From positions 10,542 to 74,541 of the forward strand of contig JAUCGF010000072.1 of the NCBI GenBank assembly GCA_030378005.1: 64,000 nt of DNA, given 5' to 3'. The notes under the pieces were generated by a model. It made no database searches and was not told the origin of the DNA. It saw only the letters and a program-made list of their open reading frames with translations. This document shows, in pieces, positions 57,234 through 64,000 of the stretch (position 1 is the stretch's first letter; each line of letters starts with the position of its first letter). This stretch comes from Desulfococcaceae bacterium HSG9 (GTDB taxonomy: Bacteria; Desulfobacterota; Desulfobacteria; Desulfobacterales; JAUCGF01). The position numbers and the translations under genes were made by a program.

Positions 57234-58181
57234 GTGCACTTTAAAAAAAGAATTATGGTCAGCGGCGGATGCGGATTTCTGGGTTCGCATTTGTGTGAAC
57301 GACTCGTTCGGGACGGTTATGAGGTGTTATGCGTTGACAACTGTTTCACCGGAAGCAAAAACAATATCGCCCATCTGCTCAAAGAGCCAAATTTTGAATT
57401 TATACGCCATGATGTTACTTTTCCACTCTATTTGGAAGTGGATGAAATTTATAATTTGGCCTGTCCGGCCTCACCGGTGCATTATCAGTTCGATCCGGTT
57501 CAAACCACCAAAACAAGCGTACATGGCGCGATTAATATGCTGGGTCTGGCAAAACGGGTCAAGGCCAAAATTTTGCAGGCTTCCACGAGCGAGGTCTATG
57601 GAGACCCGGATCAGCACAATCATCCTCAAAAAGAAACTTACTGGGGTAATGTGAATCCCATCGGCGTGCGCTCCTGTTATGACGAAGGCAAGCGTTGTGC
57701 TGAAACTCTGTTTTTTGATTATCACCGGCAACACGGGCTTAAAATCAAAGTGGCGCGTATTTTTAACACCTACGGACCGCGGATGCACCCCAATGACGGG
57801 CGCGTGATTTCCAATTTTATCATCCAGGCATTGAAACACAAAGATATCACCGTTTACGGCGATGGTTCCCAAACCCGATCGTTTTGCTATGCCGATGATC
57901 TTATTGAAGGATTCATACGACTGATGAATACGCCGGATGATTTTACCGGTCCACTGAATCTGGGCAACCCGAAAGAATTTACAATTTTGGAGATAGCTCA
58001 AAAAATTATCAAGCTGACCGCTTCTGAATCGAAAATAATTTATAAAGACCTGCCTTCGGATGATCCCCGACAACGTCAACCGGATATAACGCTGGCACGC
58101 GAAGTACTAGGATGGGTACCTCTGATTGAAGTGGAAGAGGGTTTGTTAAAAACAATTCAATATTTTAAAAGTATGATATAA
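57234..58181 (+). CDS. UDP-glucuronate decarboxylase (UDP-xylose synthase), SDR family.
   Basis: [62 protein letters not shown] and [10 protein letters not shown] match UXS nearly motif-for-motif. Confidence 0.85.
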   Translation: MHFKKRIMVSGGCGFLGSHLCERLVRDGYEVLCVDNCFTGSKNNIAHLLKEPNFEFIRHDVTFPLYLEVDEIYNLACPASPVHYQFDPVQTTKTSVHGAINMLGLAKRVKAKILQASTSEVYGDPDQHNHPQKETYWGNVNPIGVRSCYDEGKRCAETLFFDYHRQHGLKIKVARIFNTYGPRMHPNDGRVISNFIIQALKHKDITVYGDGSQTRSFCYADDLIEGFIRLMNTPDDFTGPLNLGNPKEFTILEIAQKIIKLTASESKIIYKDLPSDDPRQRQPDITLAREVLGWVPLIEVEEGLLKTIQYFKSMI

Positions 58182-58261
58182 GTACAGTATTTCTTCAGGA
58201 CGCTTAAATTTTTCTATTGACCTTATATAAAATAACTGCTATATAATTAAATTGCGTTACG

Positions 58262-58349
58262 GGAGGAGTGGCCGAGTGGCTGAAGGCGGCGGTCTTGAAA
58301 ACCGTTGAGTGTCAAAGCTCCGTGGGTTCAAATCCTACCTCCTCCGCCA
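58262..58349 (+). tRNA. tRNA-Ser (anticodon UGA).
   Basis: Acceptor stem GGAGGAG/CTCCTCC, D-arm GCCGAGTGGCTGAAGGC, anticodon loop CTTGAAA, long variable arm, TPsiC GGTTCAAATCC, CCA encoded. Confidence 0.85.
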
Positions 58350-58364
58350 GAAATAATTTAAAAC

Positions 58365-58457
58365 GGAGAGATGGCCGAGCTGGCTGAAGGCGCTCGCCTG
58401 CTAAGCGAGTGTGGGGGTAACACTCCACCGAGGGTTCGAATCCCTCTCTCTCCGCCA
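58365..58457 (+). tRNA. tRNA-Ser (anticodon GCU).
   Basis: GGAGAGA/TCTCTCC acceptor stem, anticodon loop CTGCTAA, long variable arm, GGTTCGAATCC T-arm, CCA encoded. Confidence 0.85.
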
Positions 58458-58734
58458 TCCTTGAACTATGCAATTCTAAGATACCCTCGTATCCTTACAT
58501 TTTATATAAACACCCCATATTCGCTTTTAACCTCGAAGAGGTTTGGTAATAAAGCCTGGTTTTCAACCCCAGGATGAGCTTTTTAAAGAATGTCTTTTAT
58601 CTGGTGTTCCCCGAAGGCCTCATGGTCCCCGATTGGATTGGCTATCGGCATTGATGTTGAACGTATGATCTTAAACAAGGGGGTGCCAATCACCGATATA
58701 ACTACAGGAATTGTCAGGATTCCTGACCGGCGTG

Positions 58735-60468
58735 TCATTTTCCGTCCGCTTTTAATTTGTTATACAATGTCCTTCGATTCACTTCCAGAACTTCGGCGGC
58801 CTGCTTTTTCTTGCCTCCGCAGCGGTCGAGAATCCGCTTGATATAATATTGTTCAAACACTTTGACAGCTTTGCCTAAGGATAGATCGTCCTTGATAAAA
58901 GGGACGTCCTCAGTTTCAACCGCCGCCGGCATAAAGTCTTCATTATTCAGATTGCCATTTTGCCGATAACGGCGCAGCACGTTAAAAAGTTCTCGAACAT
59001 TGCCGGGCCAGGTATATGAATGAAGCTGTCTGAGAACCTTGTCCGAAATGGCAGGAGGAGCGCCACCGGATTTGTTTTTCCCGGTTAGAGGTTCAGATGT
59101 CAGAAAGTATTCGGCCAGCAAGGGGATATCCAGTTTGCGCTGACGTAAAGGAGGAAGTGTTATACCAATCACATTCAGGCGGTGAAAAAAGTCTGCCCGC
59201 ATGTCGCCTTTGGCAAGCATTGTCCGGATATCCCGGTTAGTCGCCGCAATGATACGGACATCAGCGGTGCGGGTGTCAGGGGAACCTGCCGGCGTATATT
59301 CGCCATTTTCAAGAACCCTGAGCAGTTTGGCTTGCATCACAGGCTTCAGTTCCCCGATTTCATCTATAAACAAGGTTCCGCCGTCAGCCCGATCAAAAAA
59401 ACCCGACATATCGTCATCCGCACCGGTAAACGCGCCTTTGCGGTAGCCGAAAAACTGGCTTTCAAACAAAGCTTCCGGAACAGAAGCACAATTGGCCGTT
59501 ATAAAAGCCTGTTTATGCCGCATACTTTTTTTAAAAATCATCCGCGCCGCCAATTCTTTGCCGGTTCCGGTTTCGCCGGTGATAATGACAGTTTCATCCG
59601 ATTCCGATGCCCGTGTGATGTTTTCATACACTTTTTTCATGGCCGGACTGATACCGACCATATCGCCAAAGCGTCCGGCCTGCACCAGTGACAGGCGGAG
59701 TTCTCTGTTTTCCTGTTCCAGCGCTTTTTTATATGAAAGATCATTCATCGTCAGTATGCTGATTTCATTTTCCTGATACGGCATTGTCTTTTCCCGTATC
59801 TTCAAAACAGTGGTGCCGCCGTCTTTTTTCATGCCGCGAACTTGGTAAGCCTGCTCATTTCTGTCGCGCATTTTATCACGTATGAAATCGTGTGATTCCG
59901 GCTGGAACAGATCAAAAATATTTCTGCCGGTCAGTTCCGTGATGCTGTAACCTGTAATGTTTTCGGCCGCACGGTTGGCTTCTGTGATATATTCCCGGTC
60001 GTAAATGACAATTCCTTCGGAAGCGGCTTCGGACAGACGACGGAAACGGTCGCGTTCCTGCCGGACCTCTGTTTGAAGTCTTTGAATATTCAGTTGTGTT
60101 TGCAGCCGTGCTGTCAGTTCATCACAATCAAAGGGTTTGGTGATATAGTCGGCTCCGCCCGCATCAAAACCTTTGAGTTTGTCAACTGTTTCGGTCAAAG
60201 CCGTCATAAAAACAATCGGGATTCGGGCGGTTTCCGGGTCGGCTTTGAGTCTGCGGCAGACTTCAAAGCCGTTTATGTCGGGCATCATCACATCAAGAAG
60301 GATAATATCCGGATTTACCTGACGGGCCAGCCGAAGAGCGTTTTTGCCGTTTTCTGCAACGAAAATTCTGTAATTCAGTTCCTCCAGCGTTTTGAAGAGA
60401 AAACCAAGACTGTTGCGGTCGTCATCTGCAACCAATATATTTATGTCATTATTATTATGTTTTATCAT
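58735..60468 (-). CDS. Sigma-54-dependent response regulator (REC, PAS, AAA+ sigma-54 interaction domain, Fis-type HTH).
   Basis: ILVADDD receiver. GETGTGKE Walker A. GAFTGA-like region. ESQFFGYRKGAFTGA. C-terminal AAEVLEVNRRTLYNKLK HTH. Confidence 0.85.
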   Translation of the reverse strand: MIKHNNNDINILVADDDRNSLGFLFKTLEELNYRIFVAENGKNALRLARQVNPDIILLDVMMPDINGFEVCRRLKADPETARIPIVFMTALTETVDKLKGFDAGGADYITKPFDCDELTARLQTQLNIQRLQTEVRQERDRFRRLSEAASEGIVIYDREYITEANRAAENITGYSITELTGRNIFDLFQPESHDFIRDKMRDRNEQAYQVRGMKKDGGTTVLKIREKTMPYQENEISILTMNDLSYKKALEQENRELRLSLVQAGRFGDMVGISPAMKKVYENITRASESDETVIITGETGTGKELAARMIFKKSMRHKQAFITANCASVPEALFESQFFGYRKGAFTGADDDMSGFFDRADGGTLFIDEIGELKPVMQAKLLRVLENGEYTPAGSPDTRTADVRIIAATNRDIRTMLAKGDMRADFFHRLNVIGITLPPLRQRKLDIPLLAEYFLTSEPLTGKNKSGGAPPAISDKVLRQLHSYTWPGNVRELFNVLRRYRQNGNLNNEDFMPAAVETEDVPFIKDDLSLGKAVKVFEQYYIKRILDRCGGKKKQAAEVLEVNRRTLYNKLKADGK

Positions 60469-62963
60469 TGCATATATTTCTTTAGCAGTTTGCAGATGCT
60501 GTCGAACCGGAATTCATCTGACATCTGCCGCAGACGGGAGACAAAGCCGACCATGGCCTGCTCCGAATTTCCCAATTCGGTCAAATTTTCCCGAAGCCGC
60601 ATTACATCGCCTGTTTCGGCGACATCAAGCAGCTCTTTCAGGATTTCCGGAGATGGAGGAATGATTTCCGCGGACAATGCGGCAGTTCTGTCATCATCAG
60701 GGGGGACCCGGTACACCCATTCAAGATTCAGGAAATTTTTAAGATACGACAGCAGTTTCTCATAGTCAATCGGTTTGGGGAGAAAGGCATCGGCGCCGGC
60801 CTCCAAGCATTTATCCCGATCTCCTTTATAAGCGCTTGCGGACACCACAATAATTATGGTGTCTTTCAGCAGGGAAGAATCACGGACCCGGCGGATAAGT
60901 TCCAATCCGTCGGATTTCGGCATTACCAAATCGGTGATAATGGCATCGGGTTGTGATTCCACAGCTTTGTCAAACCCGTCCAGACCGTTTTCAGCATCTA
61001 TGGTTTTAAAGCCTAAAGGCATCAGCATATCTGTCAGCACAGATCGATTCTCAGGTTTGTCATCTGCAATCAACACCAAAGGAGATTCGTCCCGGATACC
61101 GATGATTTTCCGCTTTTGAGCGCCTGTCGGTTCAATGCCCGGCGATGTTTCAGATATATGCAACGCAAAATGGAATGCAGCACCGTGGCCCGGTTTGCTT
61201 TTTACATCCAATTTGCCACCCAGCAGTTCTATTAAGGTGCGGCTGATAGCCAATCCAAGCCCGGTTCCTTTATTATGCCCGTGATCGTTAAGGGCGTCAG
61301 CCTGATAAAACGGATCGAAGATTTTATCGATGTATTTCGATGATATACCGATTCCGGTATCCAGAACTGTGAAATGGATCAATTCATCCACCTGTTCAAC
61401 TTTAAACGTAATCCCACCGGTTTCTGTGTAATTGACCGCATTGCTCAACAGATTCAACAGCACCTGGCGCAGACGCTGTTGATCTGTGTGAACGCCGGAA
61501 GGCAGCTCGTTTTCATCCGCTTCAAATTTAAAATAAAGCCCTTTGCGCTCCGCCCGAAGGTGAATCATTTCGGTGATTTCGATAAGGAAATGATAAAAGT
61601 GAAAATCAGTGCCCGAACATTCGATTGTACCGGATTCAATCTTAGCCAGGTCCAGCACATCATTGATCAGATCAAGCAGATGGTTTCCGCTTTGTTTGAT
61701 AATGTTCAACCCCTTTTTTTGATTTTCAGAGGCTTCACGCTGTAAAATATCAGCATAACCCAACACCGCGTTGAGAGGTGTGCGCAGTTCATGGCTCATA
61801 TTGGAAAGGAACGCGCTTTTGGCCTTGTTAGCCGCTTCCGCCGCTTCTTTGGCTTTTTCCAAATCTTTTTCAGCCTGTTTCCGGTTCGAAATATCGGTGG
61901 CGATTTCAAACCGCACCAAGCGTTCGTCAATCCAGCGAATCGCCTGATCCTGAATGTGACACCATTTGCCTGTGATTGAATTCCGAAAATCCCAGGAGTA
62001 AATGCCGGCAGGAATTCCATCTTTCAGCAAATAGCGGTTGGTACAAAACGGACAGGGTCCTTCCTGTCCGGCCTGTAACGATTGCCAACAGATCAGCCCT
62101 TCCACATCACCGAAAATATTGCGCGTATATTCATTGATAAACAGAAGCTCGTAAGTGTCCATATCTGCAACGTAAATGATGGATTCTACGCTGTTCATCA
62201 CGGCTGCAAATCTTCCATGGGATATTTCCAGTTTGGAAAAAATTTTTTTCAGTTTTTTTTGATTTTGGATAAGGGCCTGCTCATTGGCTGTCAGCTTGAG
62301 AAGCAAAGCGTTATATGCGGCGATGGTTTGGCCCATCTCATCCTGTGCCGACCAGTCCACCAGCTCACGGACATTTTTTTCATCCGTTCGCCGAACCGCA
62401 GCGAGAAAACGCTGAAGCGGAATTCCTATGGTCAGCCGGTTTGCGGTTACGGCACTAATCACGATAACGGTCACAAGCATCAGCAGAAGCACGGTATCCC
62501 GGAGCAACTGGTCGCTAAGACGTGCATAAATATAATCATAATCGTATGATACACGCACATTTCCAAGTATTTTCGTTCCGTATGAAGTTTTAAATATCAG
62601 TTCCTGTGTTATGTACCGGTATTGCCTTTGTTCGGCCGCACCTCCATCAACACCTGCTTTTGAAACCATCCGCTTTTGTGCATTGTAAACCGCAGCACCT
62701 GAAATACCCGGGTACAAAATCAACGCGTCAAGTGTGTTTTTCAATCCGTCTGCGTCGTAATTCCATAGATGAAATGCAAGGGTGCCTTTCTGAATACGGA
62801 TGAGATGGCTGACATTTTTAAAAAGATTCATCCGCATATCACGATAGGTAAGAAAACCGAAGACAGACATGAGTATGAGGACGGATACAACAACAGGCGG
62901 CAGTAAAATTGTCAGAAATTTGCTGTTAAGTCGCTTCTTTTTGCGAAATACGGGATGGGCCAT
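60465..62963 (-). CDS. Hybrid sensor histidine kinase (N-terminal TM/sensor, PAS, HisKA, HATPase, C-terminal REC).
   Basis: H-box SHELRTPLNAVLG, N/G boxes (LLNLLSNAVNYT; GTGLGLAIS). Receiver LIADDKPENRS...DLVMP. Overlaps neighbours by 4 nt on both sides, consistent with an operon. Confidence 0.8.
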   Translation of the reverse strand: MAHPVFRKKKRLNSKFLTILLPPVVVSVLILMSVFGFLTYRDMRMNLFKNVSHLIRIQKGTLAFHLWNYDADGLKNTLDALILYPGISGAAVYNAQKRMVSKAGVDGGAAEQRQYRYITQELIFKTSYGTKILGNVRVSYDYDYIYARLSDQLLRDTVLLLMLVTVIVISAVTANRLTIGIPLQRFLAAVRRTDEKNVRELVDWSAQDEMGQTIAAYNALLLKLTANEQALIQNQKKLKKIFSKLEISHGRFAAVMNSVESIIYVADMDTYELLFINEYTRNIFGDVEGLICWQSLQAGQEGPCPFCTNRYLLKDGIPAGIYSWDFRNSITGKWCHIQDQAIRWIDERLVRFEIATDISNRKQAEKDLEKAKEAAEAANKAKSAFLSNMSHELRTPLNAVLGYADILQREASENQKKGLNIIKQSGNHLLDLINDVLDLAKIESGTIECSGTDFHFYHFLIEITEMIHLRAERKGLYFKFEADENELPSGVHTDQQRLRQVLLNLLSNAVNYTETGGITFKVEQVDELIHFTVLDTGIGISSKYIDKIFDPFYQADALNDHGHNKGTGLGLAISRTLIELLGGKLDVKSKPGHGAAFHFALHISETSPGIEPTGAQKRKIIGIRDESPLVLIADDKPENRSVLTDMLMPLGFKTIDAENGLDGFDKAVESQPDAIITDLVMPKSDGLELIRRVRDSSLLKDTIIIVVSASAYKGDRDKCLEAGADAFLPKPIDYEKLLSYLKNFLNLEWVYRVPPDDDRTAALSAEIIPPSPEILKELLDVAETGDVMRLRENLTELGNSEQAMVGFVSRLRQMSDEFRFDSICKLLKKYMQ

Positions 62964-62966
62964 ATT

Positions 62967-63746
62967 TTAACGATATTTGCTGTGTATGGCATCGTATGTG
63001 CCGTCTTTTTTAATTTCAGCCAGTTTTTCATTGAATACAGTGACAATATTTTCCACCCCCGGCCATTTTTTGCAAAAACAGACGTGAAAATCTTTTACCA
63101 AAAAATCTTCTCTCATTTCAAACCATTTGAAGCGGTCAGTCAGGTTTGTTTCGCGGCCTGTGTATAGAAAATTTTCCAGAAGTGTCGGCATAATATCAAT
63201 CCGCCCGTCTATCAGTTTCTTCTTTGCGACTTCGTATGACGGAGACAGGTCATAAGGAATTCCGAATGTCTTGCAGCGTTCAATGTACGCCTCGCCCCTG
63301 ACCGTTCCGACAATCAGTTTCAGTTCTTTAAGCTGCGCATAATAGGAAATATCAGGCCCTTTGTAATCCTTTCTGACCAGAAAAATATCGGTCATCCTGC
63401 TTATAGGGTCAGAAAATATGATAAAACTTTCTCTATCCGGCATTTTGGCACATGAAAGCGCACCGGTTGCGTTTCCCTCTTTTACCATCTGCATAGCTCT
63501 TTTCCACGGAAAAAATTCAAACCGGACTTTTATTCCCGCCCGCCTGAAAGCTTCTTCGGTCACTTCCACATCAAATCCTTTCAGATCACCTTTTGGAAAC
63601 TCAAATTCATACGGCGGGTAATCCACTGCAACAATAAGTACCTCCTTATCCGCTTTTTCTGCGGCATTTAATATACCCGTAAAAGCCGCTATACATAACA
63701 GGAGTACAATAACAACATGATAAATATTCTTTTTTTTCATTTTCAC
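62967..63746 (-). CDS. Periplasmic substrate-binding protein (family 3 SBP, amino-acid type). First gene of the SBP-HK-NtrC operon.
   Basis: Signal peptide MKMKKKNIYHVVIVLLLCIAAFTGILNA, SBP_bac_3-like length and composition. Confidence 0.6.
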   Translation of the reverse strand: MKMKKKNIYHVVIVLLLCIAAFTGILNAAEKADKEVLIVAVDYPPYEFEFPKGDLKGFDVEVTEEAFRRAGIKVRFEFFPWKRAMQMVKEGNATGALSCAKMPDRESFIIFSDPISRMTDIFLVRKDYKGPDISYYAQLKELKLIVGTVRGEAYIERCKTFGIPYDLSPSYEVAKKKLIDGRIDIMPTLLENFLYTGRETNLTDRFKWFEMREDFLVKDFHVCFCKKWPGVENIVTVFNEKLAEIKKDGTYDAIHSKYR

Positions 63747-64000
63747 GTCTCCTTTTTATAAGTTTTCAGTAAAATTCAGGTACTTTTTCAGATGTAACCG
63801 TTCACTCCCCCTGAATGGAACGGCTTTCCGCTCTACATGGATGATCCGCCGTGCGTAAAGGTTGTAGCGTGGGAAGCCGTCCCGTTTCGTTATCCCAAAC
63901 TTGGGAATGAGTGGCATCCGAATAATATTCCATCAGAACCCTTTTAATTACAAACATAGTACTTTTTAAGACAGCATTTGTCAAGTTATCTGCCAATATG

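Noticed and set aside
57471-58079. 202-aa minus-strand ORF.
   Set aside because: It is antisense to the UXS gene, which has near-perfect family motifs.
58262-58457. tRNA-Ser pair as a possible integration site for the accessory island.
   Set aside because: The tRNAs are more than 10 kb from the nearest compositionally anomalous DNA. No integrase or direct repeat of a tRNA 3' end was seen.

Overview
This 64-kb window looks like a chromosomal segment from a Gram-negative, probably anaerobic deltaproteobacterium-like organism, with an LPS/Kdo cluster, a sigma-54 regulator, an orphan HypE and an archaeal-type DHQ synthase II. That placement is inference from gene content only. I read it in blocks.

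(i) 1-10 kb, mostly housekeeping: a DUF1566/EF-hand protein, the DUF2339-DUF3999 membrane pair, a plant-type DapB, a sugar-phosphate isomerase and an MBL hydrolase.

(ii) 10-20 kb, a signalling block: two small paralogous ORFs with a recombinase-domain-like motif, CinA, a RelA/SpoT-type HD protein, and two tandem eukaryotic-like Ser/Thr kinases. One kinase has 22-aa acidic tandem repeats and a cNMP-binding domain. The other has a Zn-ribbon, a TM segment and a WD40 propeller.

(iii) 20-27 kb: an LPS/lipid operon (kdsB-plsY-GT2-wecA-like-acyltransferase-B12/radical SAM), with GAATTCGGAA-type palindromic repeats at every gene junction.

(iv) 27-33 kb: archaeal-type 3-dehydroquinate synthase II, a metallophosphoesterase, an orphan hypE, and an SPFH/flotillin-like protein with internal repeats.

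(v) 33-47.5 kb, an accessory region. It holds a lone ABC-type ATPase and a strongly AT-rich island (about 34.6-42.8 kb). The island encodes a 1539-aa multi-GAF histidine kinase, an atypical receiver and a 904-aa HD-domain protein. Next to it is a three-gene minus-strand cassette: CYTH, a GTP-cyclohydrolase-II-like protein, and a dCTP-deaminase/dUTPase-fold protein with a TM segment and a C-terminal domain. The region ends with an Smr protein, an internally deleted SPFH paralog remnant and transposase-like debris.

(vi) 47-64 kb: a racemase, an RR/HK hybrid, gmk-remA-yicC, a Trm112-lpxL-like-O-antigen ligase-GT-UXS LPS block, two tRNA-Ser genes, and an SBP-hybrid HK-NtrC operon.

The most likely candidates for an undescribed system are the CYTH/GCHII-like/Dcd-fold cassette and the adjacent low-GC HK-REC-HD island. 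All calls come from reading motifs by eye. No database search was run.
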